Assembly (NCBI GenBank): GCA_023659865.1
Contig: JAGXON010000004.1
Coordinates: 1,597 to 65,596, forward strand
DNA length: 64,000 nt
Direction of reading: 5' to 3'
Source: Candidatus Diapherotrites archaeon LH_S9
Lineage (GTDB): Archaea; B1Sed10-29; WALL01; JAGXON01
In this document: piece by piece, positions 18,883 to 29,483 of the stretch
How positions within the stretch are numbered: position 1 is the first letter of the stretch
Layout of the letters: each line of letters opens with the position of its first letter
Notes under the pieces: generated by a model
Seen by the model: only the letters and a program-made list of their open reading frames with translations
Told to the model about the DNA's origin: nothing
The model's database searches: none
Position numbers and translations under genes: made by a program

Positions 18883-19083
18883 ATGTTGTTTTTTACCTGG
18901 CCTTGGCAAAAAGAAGAAGAGGAAGAAGAAACAAAGGAAGAAGAAAAGCAGGAACCTGAAGAGGAAGAAGGACCTATTTGTGCTCTTTGTGGTGAACCAG
19001 GAGCAGACAAGAAATTTGGTGGCAAGAACTTCCACAAGAAATGTTTGAGGAAAGCTAGAAAGCAAGCAAAAGGAATGATGTAG
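18883..19083 (+). CDS. Small acidic/basic zinc-binding protein
   Basis: Poly-Glu stretch then CALC...FHKKC. Confidence 0.65.
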   Translation: MLFFTWPWQKEEEEEETKEEEKQEPEEEEGPICALCGEPGADKKFGGKNFHKKCLRKARKQAKGMM

Positions 19084-19086
19084 CTT

Positions 19087-19674
19087 TTATTCTTCCACGA
19101 TTTTCCTACTCGGTTCCTTCTCCTTGAAGATTTGTGCTCTGAAGCGATAGACTTCAGCTCCTTCCTTCCAGCAATTCATATTAAGCCCTGCTTTCCAGCA
19201 AGTCTGGTTCAAAAACTTTTCAGCAGTACTCCAACCAGCTTGCTCAGGAACCTGTGGCAACAAAAGACCTGAACGACCTCCTTTTTTTATTATCAGGCCG
19301 TGAGTGCCTAAATCAATTTTTTCCGGGTAAGGTTCATCCAATTTCTTTGGTTTCGTTAACACACTTAACTCAATCACGATGTCATTGAGTTCTTCTTTCT
19401 GCAGGTCCTTGAACCTTGGATCTCTTGTCGAGGAAACCGCTGCCTCGATCACTCCATCAACCAAAGGCTTTTTTGGATAAGGTAAACCAATACAGCCTCT
19501 GAGAACATCTTCCGGATACGTGTTCAAGGTACAGAAAACCCCTCGTTTCTGCCTAAGTTTCTCACTGCATTCAGGAGCACTGATCTTCTTTTCTTCCCCC
19601 AGATATTTTTTTATAGCTTTCCTAGCAGTTTTAACCAACAGTTTTCCTTCTTCCAGAGAGAGCTTTTGTTTCAT
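19087..19674 (-). CDS. AMMECR1 domain protein
   Basis: RGVFCTL, LRGCIG, DPRF, ELSVLT, GLLLPQV; probable ATG at 19674. Confidence 0.92.
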   Translation of the reverse strand: MKQKLSLEEGKLLVKTARKAIKKYLGEEKKISAPECSEKLRQKRGVFCTLNTYPEDVLRGCIGLPYPKKPLVDGVIEAAVSSTRDPRFKDLQKEELNDIVIELSVLTKPKKLDEPYPEKIDLGTHGLIIKKGGRSGLLLPQVPEQAGWSTAEKFLNQTCWKAGLNMNCWKEGAEVYRFRAQIFKEKEPSRKIVEE

Positions 19675-19713
19675 CAAAACCTTTTTGTACTTTCCTGAGT
19701 TAAAAGATTTTTG

Positions 19714-20517
19714 ATGCTTGACCGAAAACCTAGTTCCCATAAAGGAGAAAACGGAAAAATCCTCGTAGTTGGAGGAAGCAAAAAATACTCTGGAGCACCA
19801 TTCCTTGCGGGAATGGCGGCGCTAAGAGCCGGCGCCGACCTCGTGACAGTAGCAACTTCAGAAAAAACAGCTCGAACCATTAACTCTCTCTCACCAGACC
19901 TCATAACTCTGAAACTCGATGGAGAAAAACTAGAAAAAAAGCACGTGAAACAAATAGAGCCAGAAATACGGAAATATGATTGCTTGCTTCTAGGGCCAGG
20001 TCTCGACAACGCTAAAGGAACGCAGGAAGCAGTTAAAGAACTCTGCAACGAGAGCTTGCCGAAAGTCGTTGATGCTGATGCGCTTGTTAAAGGAATCAAC
20101 AGAGAAGAAAGTGTTGTAACACCTCACGCAAGAGAATTTAGGGAATTCTTCGGCAAAAAACCAGTTGAAAAAAACGTTAAGGAACTTGCGTCTGAAGAAC
20201 AGATCATTTTGCTTAAGGGGCCAACAGACTTTATCAGTAATGGGAAAGAAGTCTTCAGGAACGAGGAAGGAAACGCTGGAATGACCGTTGGTGGTACAGG
20301 CGACGTGCTGTCAGGATTAACTGCTTCTTTAGTAGCTCAAGGAAAAAACCTTTTTGATTCTGCTTGCCTGGCTGCAGAAATCAATTCAGAGGCAGGAAAT
20401 AAGTTGTTCCGAGAGTTCGGTTACGGTTACATTGCGTCGGATTTGGTGTCGGTTGTGCCCGAAGCGTTTATGGATGTTGTTTCGAACGAGGCTGAAGCCT
20501 GGCAGTACTTTAGGTAA
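19714..20517 (+). CDS. nnrD: ADP-dependent NAD(P)H-hydrate dehydratase
   Basis: SHKGENG, GGSKKYSGAP, GPGL, DADAL, TPHAREF, GGTGDVLSG. Confidence 0.92.
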   Translation: MLDRKPSSHKGENGKILVVGGSKKYSGAPFLAGMAALRAGADLVTVATSEKTARTINSLSPDLITLKLDGEKLEKKHVKQIEPEIRKYDCLLLGPGLDNAKGTQEAVKELCNESLPKVVDADALVKGINREESVVTPHAREFREFFGKKPVEKNVKELASEEQIILLKGPTDFISNGKEVFRNEEGNAGMTVGGTGDVLSGLTASLVAQGKNLFDSACLAAEINSEAGNKLFREFGYGYIASDLVSVVPEAFMDVVSNEAEAWQYFR

Positions 20518-21382
20518 GTGCTGCTATAGAGATGAATACGGCGCCAGCCAGCATTACTAAGGTACCTAAAAGTCTTTCTTTCATATGTTTTTCCTTGAAG
20601 AACACTCCCCCCCACACTACTGTTAACATGAGACTAATTCTTTTTATGGAGATAACGTAGGGTACGAGAGCTTTTTCAATTGCCATATATTGAGATACTA
20701 ACGCTAAAGTGGATACAACTCCTATTCCAATCAGTTTGTAGGGATTATTGCTGAATCCTTTTCTGACCTTGTTTCTGTGCTTCCATGCAAAAGGTAATAA
20801 GCCTAAAGCTAGAAAACCGTGTATTGCCATTGTCCAGAATAAAGGTGAAGAGGCAACTACTCCCATTTTACTGAAGTTGATGGATATGCTCCAAATTAAT
20901 GCGTTCCCTAGCATTAGTAGTGCTCCCTTACTCTTAGAAAGAGCTTTTATTGGTTCTAAATAACCTTGAACTGCTCTGTCTACGTGAAGAGTGTACGCAC
21001 CTGTCACAACTAAAAGCACGCCAAAGATGCCTAGAGGTGAAGGTACTTCTCCTAGAATCAAAGGACTTGTCACAAGTAAGAACACAGGAACGAAAGCTAG
21101 TAGAGGTATAACTGCAGAAATATCGCTTTTCTGGAGTGATTTCACAAAGTTGAGCGTTGCTATGACGTTCAACGGTCCTGAGACAGCTAAAGCTGTCCAG
21201 AAGTTTATCTTGATTTCAGGTATCCCTAGAAAAGCTATTACTGGCACTAACAGGAGAAAAGGGACGAGTCGAAAAAGCCATGCAACTGCGTGTCTTTCCA
21301 CGTTCTTGAGACTTTTCTTTAGAACTGCGTTTTTTATAGAGTCCATAAAGGCCGTGTTTAAACTCAAGAGTAACCATAACAT
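20510..21382 (-). CDS. EamA/DMT family transporter
   Basis: About 10 TM helices in two repeats; LILGE, FFKEK. Confidence 0.85.
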   Translation of the reverse strand: MLWLLLSLNTAFMDSIKNAVLKKSLKNVERHAVAWLFRLVPFLLLVPVIAFLGIPEIKINFWTALAVSGPLNVIATLNFVKSLQKSDISAVIPLLAFVPVFLLVTSPLILGEVPSPLGIFGVLLVVTGAYTLHVDRAVQGYLEPIKALSKSKGALLMLGNALIWSISINFSKMGVVASSPLFWTMAIHGFLALGLLPFAWKHRNKVRKGFSNNPYKLIGIGVVSTLALVSQYMAIEKALVPYVISIKRISLMLTVVWGGVFFKEKHMKERLLGTLVMLAGAVFISIAALT

Positions 21383-21663
21383 GCCTTTTTTTATACATCA
21401 GTACAATTAATAAGGTTTTTTCACAGTTTTGTTAACTTGGTTCTCAGGCAGTTTCAATCACACCCAACACTAGGAGGGCAAAAACCGCGAACGAGAAGAC
21501 CTAGCCCTCTAAAAGAGAAGAACGAGACACCAGAACGATACCTAAATACTTACTTTTTATCAGAGAGAAAGTTCCCTCCAGCAGAACGAAGGTTTTTTGA
21601 TTTCATGAGCTGGCCGAAACCTTTTTATTTAGAACCTCAGGAAATGTAAATGGGGAGAGAGAA

Positions 21664-24600
21664 ATGAATTTCTACAAGCATTTCTTCATTATATTCTGCG
21701 TAGCCTTGCTTCTGCCAACAACAGCTCTAGCAGCTGGAGAAAACTCCGTTGACTTAACCAAAGAAAAAAACAAAGTATCTTCAGATCTTAAATCCGCTTC
21801 AGAAAGCTCGAGCACATCCTTTTCGATCCTGGACTTTGTTTTCGGAAAATCTCTTTCTTACCTAGCTGATTTAATTGAGAAAATACCAGGATACCTCGTT
21901 TACCCTACAGCTGAAAGGATAGCGAGTCAAGCAAGGCTAGAAGCGTATAAGGTACCGGTTCAAGACGTTGACGAAAAAGTGGATGCGAAGTTCAAGAAGT
22001 ACTTGACAAAAGAAGACAAGAACGCCAAGTTATCCAAGCAAAAAATGGTTTCTTCATGGGAAACAATAAACTCAGCCAGACAGTCCAAAGAAGATCTTAA
22101 AAGAGTTTGCCCGGATTCTGTTTTTGATTGCGTGATGCATCTTGGGGAAATAACCAGGTTGGTTTACATGGGTAATTCTGAAGCAATATCTTCCGCGAAC
22201 TTTTTATGGCAATCAAATCTTGACGCGCTCTCTGAACTAGATGCAATGGGTGCAGACCAAGTTAAGTACTCTGAAGAAAGTTCCGTGGCTTTTGAAAAAG
22301 TTTCAAAGTCTCTCGAAGACTTAAGGGAAGATCCTTCTTCTTCCAAAGAATTTCATTTCCTTGCTTCTGCGCTGACTTCCTATAACTCTGTTTTTCCGAA
22401 AGGAGAGTCTGCTGAAGTATGGAAGCCAGTTAGAAAAAGTTATTTTGTATCTGCTTGCAATGATTTCATTCGGGGAATAGATGTTTCCTTGAACTGTGCT
22501 CCTCTAAAAGCGGTTGATGCTTTCACTTTCATTCCAATGGATTACTCTAGACCGTTCAATAGGCTTGCAGGGTACACTCAAGGAACAGGAATGGTCGAGC
22601 TCCTGAAGTTAAGGAACGAACTGACGGGAATTAAGGAAAGGCTGATAAAAGAGAAAGAAGAATCGTTTAAAGAAGCTGTTTCACTTCAAGAAAAAGCTGG
22701 AAACAAGATTAAGAGCGTGGAAGAGCAAGAACCCGAGAAAACAGATCTAGTGCTAATCAGAAAAATAGATTTATCGACTCCTAACAACTCGGAAACGCCT
22801 GAAGAAACACTGGATGAATCTAAAAAGCTTTTACAAAAATCTGAAGAACTTTACAAAAAATCTGAAGATAAATTCCAGATAATGAAGGGGTCTAAAGATC
22901 CTGAAGCAAACTACGTTACTGATTCAGTGCTTCTAGCGCAAAGATCTTCTTTCAAATCTGATAGCGCGCTGAAAAAAGCAAGAGAATGCAATAAAGATCT
23001 TGAAGAACTTCTTGAAAAAGCAGAGCAGAAGTTCCAGAAAAATCTGGAGCAAACAAAGGTAGAAGACAAAGTGACAAGGCTTTTTTTGAAGAGAGCAAAG
23101 CAAAAAACCCAAGGGAAGACCTCGAAGACAATTGGGCAATCCCTGAAGGACTATGCTACTGCAATAACTTATCTTGATTACATACATTGTTTTAACACCG
23201 GAGAATGCCGCGAGACAAAGAAAACCTTTCCTGCACAATACCAAAAGACCAGGCAATTGCTTGAAAGAGCTGAAGAAGACGGTTTACTGGTTTCAGTTGA
23301 AGAGGAAGAGCTCAAGAAGATAAAAGAAAGGCGCGAGGAAATCAGTGAAGAAGAACCAGCTCTATTCCTCCCTGAATACGATTCTCTTACAAAAGAATTG
23401 AAAAGCATAAGGGAAAGAATTGTGATCAAGGCAACAAAAGAGTTCGGTAACCTTAACTCGCTCAGAGAAAAAGCAAGAAAAGTTTCAGAAGAAGACAAGT
23501 TCTCTCAATACTTCTCTCAACAAGAATTGATCCTACCTGAAGCAATAGGGAAACTAAAAGAAATCCAAGCGTATTACAAGAAATTGATCGAGGAATTCGA
23601 GCCACACGTCTACTCTAAAGTAACTGGATACGAATTCCTTGAAACACCTTCATGTAACAAAGAGAAAATAACAATAATGCACGTGAGAGTGTTCAATCCG
23701 TTTCAAAAAACTCTTGAAGACATTGAAACAAATTTCGCTTCCATAAAACCAGTTTACGTTAACTCGACTACCGCTTTCTTTCACGATGGGAAAATGAACC
23801 TTTTCATCGATTCTGTGAACGGAAGACAATCAAGAAATTTCTTGATAAAGGCAAAAACAGTACCCATGGGATGCAGTTACGGAGAGCAAGAAATACGCGT
23901 GAAAGCAAAAACAGATTTAAGCAAAGCAGAGTTGTTCGTTCCCTATCACGATTTTGTTCACTCCATTGAATCACTTAACACTAGAGTTACAGAGAAAAGA
24001 AAAACTAGCCAAGGGACTATGATGACCGTGAGGAACTTGCCAGAAGGAGAAACCACGATAGAAGTGAAAAAACTTGAAGATACTGAAGAAGATAACAGCA
24101 CCTTTTCGAACGCCACCTCGCCAGAAGATCAGATAATCGAGGAAGAGTACGATTACGAAGAAAAAGAATTCAACCAAACAATGAACGAAATCGAAAACAC
24201 TTCAGAAAACACTGAAGAGGCACTCAAGCACTACAAGAAAGCCATGATATACAAAGACGCTGGAGAAAACGAGAAAGCCCTTCAGGAAGTAAAGAAAGCA
24301 AATCAAGAACTTGACGAAATCAAGAGAAAAGCAGAAGAAGACAGGACGCAGAAGATATCAGAGCTCCGGAACTCTTTTTCTTCACTGAAGAAAAAGAAAT
24401 TAATCCTGCAAAAGCATGGAACCAGCGTCAGTCTTGAATCGTTTCAGGAACTGCTTGAAAAAACCGTTAACTCGAAGCAAGGTAGGAAAAAATTTTTGAA
24501 GAACTTCAGGAAAGCAAGAGACAAGGTAGAACAACTCAATCGGTCGATGAACGAGAAAGCAGTAAAAAAAGTAGGAGAGATGAAGAAACAGAAAATCCAG

Positions 24601-25158
24601 TTCACTAGAGCAGAAGAAAAAATTCAGGAACTTGAGAAAGCGCTTGAATTCCCGAAAGAACTTGAAGGAGAAATTTACCATCCTTTCTCCAGCGTTTCCG
24701 TTTCCGCTTACAGAAAAGAACTCAAGAAAACAAAGGAAAAGTATCAGGAAACGGAAGAAAAGTTATCCGAACCTGCTTTCAAGGCTCTTGAACAAATAAA
24801 CTCACCTCCAAATCAAATCCAGGAACAAAAACAGGATTTGGAACAAAAAATAACTCGGAAAATAGATTCCTTGAAACAATCCGCTGAAAACAAGTTAACA
24901 AAGGTATCGGACTCCGACTCTTCGCTGGCGAGGAAAGCCAGAAAAAAATTCAATCAAGCAGAGTACGTAAAAGCATACGCTTACGCGACTTACTTGAACT
25001 CCAGAGAAAAAGTTAAGAGACCTCAGTCCGGAAGCATAATCCAGGAAGACTCCTTGATTTTCGTACCTTTAGTGTTGGCGGGTGCAGTACTGTTCTTCAA
25101 GTTCGCAAAGGAACCGGAGAAAGAAACCAAAGTAAAGAAGATAATGAAAAAGATTTGA
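21664..25158 (+). CDS. Large secreted, C-terminally anchored coiled-coil hypothetical protein
   Basis: 1164 aa; signal peptide, long helical K/E segments, central beta-rich region, C-terminal TM and basic tail. Confidence 0.75.
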   Translation: MNFYKHFFIIFCVALLLPTTALAAGENSVDLTKEKNKVSSDLKSASESSSTSFSILDFVFGKSLSYLADLIEKIPGYLVYPTAERIASQARLEAYKVPVQDVDEKVDAKFKKYLTKEDKNAKLSKQKMVSSWETINSARQSKEDLKRVCPDSVFDCVMHLGEITRLVYMGNSEAISSANFLWQSNLDALSELDAMGADQVKYSEESSVAFEKVSKSLEDLREDPSSSKEFHFLASALTSYNSVFPKGESAEVWKPVRKSYFVSACNDFIRGIDVSLNCAPLKAVDAFTFIPMDYSRPFNRLAGYTQGTGMVELLKLRNELTGIKERLIKEKEESFKEAVSLQEKAGNKIKSVEEQEPEKTDLVLIRKIDLSTPNNSETPEETLDESKKLLQKSEELYKKSEDKFQIMKGSKDPEANYVTDSVLLAQRSSFKSDSALKKARECNKDLEELLEKAEQKFQKNLEQTKVEDKVTRLFLKRAKQKTQGKTSKTIGQSLKDYATAITYLDYIHCFNTGECRETKKTFPAQYQKTRQLLERAEEDGLLVSVEEEELKKIKERREEISEEEPALFLPEYDSLTKELKSIRERIVIKATKEFGNLNSLREKARKVSEEDKFSQYFSQQELILPEAIGKLKEIQAYYKKLIEEFEPHVYSKVTGYEFLETPSCNKEKITIMHVRVFNPFQKTLEDIETNFASIKPVYVNSTTAFFHDGKMNLFIDSVNGRQSRNFLIKAKTVPMGCSYGEQEIRVKAKTDLSKAELFVPYHDFVHSIESLNTRVTEKRKTSQGTMMTVRNLPEGETTIEVKKLEDTEEDNSTFSNATSPEDQIIEEEYDYEEKEFNQTMNEIENTSENTEEALKHYKKAMIYKDAGENEKALQEVKKANQELDEIKRKAEEDRTQKISELRNSFSSLKKKKLILQKHGTSVSLESFQELLEKTVNSKQGRKKFLKNFRKARDKVEQLNRSMNEKAVKKVGEMKKQKIQFTRAEEKIQELEKALEFPKELEGEIYHPFSSVSVSAYRKELKKTKEKYQETEEKLSEPAFKALEQINSPPNQIQEQKQDLEQKITRKIDSLKQSAENKLTKVSDSDSSLARKARKKFNQAEYVKAYAYATYLNSREKVKRPQSGSIIQEDSLIFVPLVLAGAVLFFKFAKEPEKETKVKKIMKKI

Positions 25159-25159
25159 A

Positions 25160-25681
25160 CTACTGAAAGAATTTACTCCAATCAAAATGCCTTTTCCCCT
25201 TTTTCCTTCCTTCTATGAACCCTTTTATCTCTTCCACGGCATCTTTAACCTTTCTTGAAGTTGTATCAATCTCGAAAACTTTTTCTTTCCCGTAATTTTT
25301 TATTGAGTGCACGACACAGTAATCAACCGCTTCAGCTTCAAGATTCTCTTCTATTTTTTCTTTATCCCAGCCCTTCTCTTCAAGTCTTCCTCGTAATTCC
25401 TCAGGGTCAGTCCTCAAAACAAAAACAAAATCGGCTTCTAGAGAAACATTGCAAAGGATTCCACCAGAAATAACTCCTTGGACTCCCTCTAGATTGTCTT
25501 TCAAGCCATTTAGATCAACTATAAGGCTGTCTTTCTTTTTTCCTGTGTACAAACCATTGTCTTTCACTAAGTCATTAGCTTCAGTGAATTTTTTTTCAAG
25601 AGCCTCTGCAAGCTTTTTTCCGATCGTGCTTTTTCCTGTTCCTGGGGTTCCAGTAACTATTATTCTTTCAGGCTTTTGCAT
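25160..25681 (-). CDS. Adenylate kinase 6 / Fap7-like NMP kinase
   Basis: ITGTPGTGKST, VLRTDPEEL, KIEENLEAE, EIDTT. Confidence 0.88.
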   Translation of the reverse strand: MQKPERIIVTGTPGTGKSTIGKKLAEALEKKFTEANDLVKDNGLYTGKKKDSLIVDLNGLKDNLEGVQGVISGGILCNVSLEADFVFVLRTDPEELRGRLEEKGWDKEKIEENLEAEAVDYCVVHSIKNYGKEKVFEIDTTSRKVKDAVEEIKGFIEGRKKGKRHFDWSKFFQ

Positions 25682-26666
25682 AGGTTTCGATAACTCCCTG
25701 GAAGGCAGCAATTATTAAGGGGCCTAAAGCAAACCCTGGTGGTCCAAAAGCAAGTATACCGCCGATGAAGGCTACTAGGATCAGTGCAGGGTGGGTTTTT
25801 GATATTCCTGAGGTTATCCATGGTCTTATGAATGAATCAACTGAGAAAAACAGGAATGCTGCTAGTAATAAGACAATGGCTCCTGCAAAATAGTTTTTGA
25901 ATAACAGTAGAGCTATTCCAAGAGGGACTAGAACCGTTTGAGATGCTACGAGTGGTAGGAACTGCATTATTCCTGTGAGTATGGCTATGAATACAGCGTA
26001 GGGAATGTTCAGGAGGAATAGGGTTATTCCAGTGGTTACAGCGGTGAAGGATGATGTATAAACTGATCCTACGAACATGCCTTCTGCTTTTCTGTCAATG
26101 TTTTCCAGGGCTTCATTCAGTTTATCTTTGTCTTTTGCAGGTATGGAGTTTAGTATAGGTTCTTTTAATTTTCTTCCATCTTTAAGTAGGTAAAAAGCGA
26201 AAACGAAGGACAGGAAGACAGTTACGATGAGGTTGATTACTGCCATGACAGAGGAGTATATTTTCTGCGCTAATTCTTCTGATGTTCCAGCTATGCTGCT
26301 TACTGCTGAGTTGTAAGCTTCTGTAGAGAACTTTTTAATGTCGGGGTGGTCATCGAGAAAGTGTTGGGCTGTGCTGATGGTTTCTTCAAGTTCTTTGTTT
26401 TCTAGTTTACTGATTTTTTGTGATTCCTTCACCAGTATGGAGGCAGAGTAGGCTCCTAGTGAAACGAAGAGCATGATGATTACTATTAATGTTAGGGCTG
26501 AACTAGCAGTGTACCCTATTGATTCTTTTGCTTTGTAAGCTATTGGTCTAGCGATGTAAGCTAAGGCAACTCCGTAAGCTAGGCTTTGTAGCAATGGAAG
26601 TCCTACGATTATGCTTCCGATAAACAGTATCAGAAGGGTTATCCCGATAACTTTCTTTGTTTCCAT
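25668..26666 (-). CDS. AI-2E (PerM) family transporter
   Basis: FYLLKDG, DSFIRP, HPALILVAFIGGILAFGPPGFALGP. Confidence 0.9.
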   Translation of the reverse strand: METKKVIGITLLILFIGSIIVGLPLLQSLAYGVALAYIARPIAYKAKESIGYTASSALTLIVIIMLFVSLGAYSASILVKESQKISKLENKELEETISTAQHFLDDHPDIKKFSTEAYNSAVSSIAGTSEELAQKIYSSVMAVINLIVTVFLSFVFAFYLLKDGRKLKEPILNSIPAKDKDKLNEALENIDRKAEGMFVGSVYTSSFTAVTTGITLFLLNIPYAVFIAILTGIMQFLPLVASQTVLVPLGIALLLFKNYFAGAIVLLLAAFLFFSVDSFIRPWITSGISKTHPALILVAFIGGILAFGPPGFALGPLIIAAFQGVIETYAKA

Positions 26667-26745
26667 ACCTGATTAATTAGATTGACCTCGAGTTTTTAAT
26701 TGTTTTTATTTGATGGAGATGTCGCTAAGGAAAGCTAGAGGTAGT

Positions 26746-27627
26746 TCACTCTTTTATCTCAGCTGAATCTGCTACTCCATCTCCATCGAGATCAAGAGCC
26801 TGAAAGACTTTTTCAGGTTTCTCGCCAAAAGATTCCCCGTAGTTTGTTAAACCAATAATTGCTCCTTTTGTTCCGTTTATAGAATTTCCTGCAACCACCA
26901 GAATGCTTTTATCGTAATTCCATGGATTAACTTCCTTAACCAAAAGCCCGTGGTCCTCCCGATATTCTTCTCCCGTGTTACTGGAACTTATTTTGTTCAC
27001 AGCTCCTTCCACGATCTTTATCGGGAGGTCATCGTTCACTTCCGCCATCACTCTGTTTACTATTGGTCCGCCGAGTAGTACAAGATTTTTCTCAAGTTCT
27101 TTTTCCCGCACCTCGGTATCTAACCTAGTGCAAAGATCTGTTTCAGACGCAAGAGAACCCAGGTACATAGCCAGATCCCCAACATAGTAGCCGTCTCTTG
27201 CACGAGCATTATGCGGCCCGTGAGGGTCAGGAGAACCCACAACTATCTTTGCGTCAAATTCTCCCTTGCTGTAAAAGTCTTTTAGGAATTCAGGCACTAC
27301 TATTTCCTTCGAACTCTTCTCCTGCCAGTTTTCTTTTGCTACAACGCTCATAGCTGGAGCTACTGATCGGTAGATTCTTGCAGTTGCACCCCTAATGTCC
27401 TTAGTTCTAACTACTTTTATCAAACCAGTTTTTCGGAGCTCGTTGATATGATAATATACTTTCTGCGGGTCCATACCCATTCTTCTTGCTATATTTGCCG
27501 GATAATCTTGTTTTTCCAAGATTTCCTTAAGTATCTCCCATCTTGTCGGATTCAAGGCTTTTCTGAGTGCTTCAGGGTCCTTGAACAATTTTGTTTTCGT
27601 GCTCTTGTTTTTTCCAACTAATCTCAT
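26746..27627 (-). CDS. ArsR-type HTH protein fused to an S-layer-C-like domain
   Basis: ALNPTRWEIL...QKVYYHINELRKTGLI; NLVLLGGPIVN; terminal DLDGDG. Confidence 0.75.
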   Translation of the reverse strand: MRLVGKNKSTKTKLFKDPEALRKALNPTRWEILKEILEKQDYPANIARRMGMDPQKVYYHINELRKTGLIKVVRTKDIRGATARIYRSVAPAMSVVAKENWQEKSSKEIVVPEFLKDFYSKGEFDAKIVVGSPDPHGPHNARARDGYYVGDLAMYLGSLASETDLCTRLDTEVREKELEKNLVLLGGPIVNRVMAEVNDDLPIKIVEGAVNKISSSNTGEEYREDHGLLVKEVNPWNYDKSILVVAGNSINGTKGAIIGLTNYGESFGEKPEKVFQALDLDGDGVADSAEIKE

Positions 27628-27767
27628 TCAACCACTATAATATTCGTTTTAATGGTTTTTTGTTTTTTGCTGTTTAATAATGTTTCTGAAGCATTTTTGC
27701 TGGAGAAGGTGTAACGAGTTTTTTAATAATCCTTTTTAAATAAGATCGCGAAAGTCTTTAATGTTTC

Positions 27768-29483
27768 ATGTGTGGCATAATAGGATACAAAGGAACTGAA
27801 AATGCTCCAGAAGTAATTTTCAACGGGCTGAAAAGACTAGAGTACAGAGGGTACGACTCATGGGGGATGGCCACAGCCAATGGATCAGGCCTGGATATAG
27901 TGAAGCAAGAAGGAGAACTGGAACCAAGTAAAACAACTGAAGAAAGTAATATTGGCATAGGTCACAACAGATGGGCGACACACGGAAAAGTTTCCAAGAC
28001 GAACGCTCATCCACACGTTTCTTGCGATAATCGGTTTGCAGTAGTCCATAACGGCATAATCGAGAACTGGAAGGAGCTCAAAGAAGAGCTGAACGGCCAC
28101 GAATACGTTTCTGGAACCGATTCAGAAGTAATAGTTCACTTCATCGAGGAAAAAACAGGTACTGAAACTGTTGAAGAAGCTATAAGAGACTTCCTGAACT
28201 CAGCCAAAGGAAGTTTTGCGGTCGGGCTCTTGGACTCGAAAGAAAAAAATCTTTTTGCGTTCAAAAGAGGTTCTCCACTAGCCTTAGGGGTCGATGGAGA
28301 AGGAATTTTTTTCGGATCCGACATATACGCGTTTTCAGGGTACACTAACGAATCACTTTTTCTGGAGGACAATGAATACGTTGTCATAGAAAACGGAGGA
28401 TTTGTTCTAAAAGACGTTTCAGGAAAGAGGATACAAAGAAAAACCAGGAAATTCGAGTGGAAAGAAGAAGAAATAGATCAAAAAGAATTTGACCACCACA
28501 TGATAAAAGAAATCAAGTCGATACCTAGAACAATCCAAAAACTGAGAACATCTCTGCATTCAGAACAGCGTGAAAGTTTGAAAGAACTAAAAAACCTGAT
28601 TCAGGAACATGAAAAAGTCATATTCACCGCATCCGGAACAAGCTACCACGCATCGCTCCTTGGAGTGTTCTTACTTCAAAAAGCAGGCGTAGAGGCTCAG
28701 ACACTGATTGCCTCAGAATTTGAGAACTATGAAAGAGCTGACGAAAACACTCTTGTCGTAGCTGTCTCTCAATCCGGAGAAACAAAAGACGTTCTCGATG
28801 CAATAGAACACTCCAAGGGGAAAGGAGCAACAATAGCTTCTATTGTCAACGTCCCGCACTCTTCTATAGAAAGAAAGTCCACGGTTTCAGTTAGAGTAAA
28901 AGCAGGACAAGAAATCTGTGTCGCAGCAACCAAAACATTCGCGAATCAGGTAGCATTATTCCTAGAACTCGCTAGAGAAACAGGAATCGATCTCAAGACC
29001 AGTGAACTCGCGGAAAAAATCTCTGAAACTATTGAAAAAAACGAGGGAAAAGCAAAGAAACTAGCAAAAGAACTTAAAGACAAGAAAGACATTTACATAA
29101 TTGGAAGAGGACCAGCTTACCCTGTAGCCAGAGAAATAGCCTTGAAACTAAAAGAAATCGCTTACATTCATGCAGAGGGAATGATGGGAGGCGAATTAAA
29201 GCACGGGACACTAGCGCTCATAGAAGAAGGAACACCCGTAATTTCTTTGATCCCTGAAAACAGTTCAGAAATCGAGTCAAACGTAAAAGAAGTCGAGGCC
29301 AGAGGCGCAAATTCCATCCGAATCGCAAGTTCGGGCGACTTCGAAGTACCGGAATGCACTCCAGAAGAATTCACTTTCCTTGCAACAGTGATTGGGTTCC
29401 TTTTAACGTACTACACTGCAAAAGAAAAAGGTTTACCGGTCGACAAGCCCAGGAACCTTGCAAAATCAGTTACCGTTCGATGA
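27768..29483 (+). CDS. glmS: Glutamine-fructose-6-phosphate transaminase
   Basis: MCGIIG, LEYRGYDS, RWATHG, HNGII, SQSGET, ELKHG, PRNLAKSVTV. Confidence 0.97.
   Translation: MCGIIGYKGTENAPEVIFNGLKRLEYRGYDSWGMATANGSGLDIVKQEGELEPSKTTEESNIGIGHNRWATHGKVSKTNAHPHVSCDNRFAVVHNGIIENWKELKEELNGHEYVSGTDSEVIVHFIEEKTGTETVEEAIRDFLNSAKGSFAVGLLDSKEKNLFAFKRGSPLALGVDGEGIFFGSDIYAFSGYTNESLFLEDNEYVVIENGGFVLKDVSGKRIQRKTRKFEWKEEEIDQKEFDHHMIKEIKSIPRTIQKLRTSLHSEQRESLKELKNLIQEHEKVIFTASGTSYHASLLGVFLLQKAGVEAQTLIASEFENYERADENTLVVAVSQSGETKDVLDAIEHSKGKGATIASIVNVPHSSIERKSTVSVRVKAGQEICVAATKTFANQVALFLELARETGIDLKTSELAEKISETIEKNEGKAKKLAKELKDKKDIYIIGRGPAYPVAREIALKLKEIAYIHAEGMMGGELKHGTLALIEEGTPVISLIPENSSEIESNVKEVEARGANSIRIASSGDFEVPECTPEEFTFLATVIGFLLTYYTAKEKGLPVDKPRNLAKSVTVR

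Noticed and set aside
18808-19065. N-terminal extension of ThyX in the ORF track
   Set aside because: Antisense shadow of the small zinc-binding gene; the same reasoning was used to trim over-extended starts of GGR, Hel308, AMMECR1 and Lhr
21437-21649. 70-aa ORF or ncRNA in the intergenic gap
   Set aside because: TTG start, no motif, and no tRNA-like or other recognisable structure
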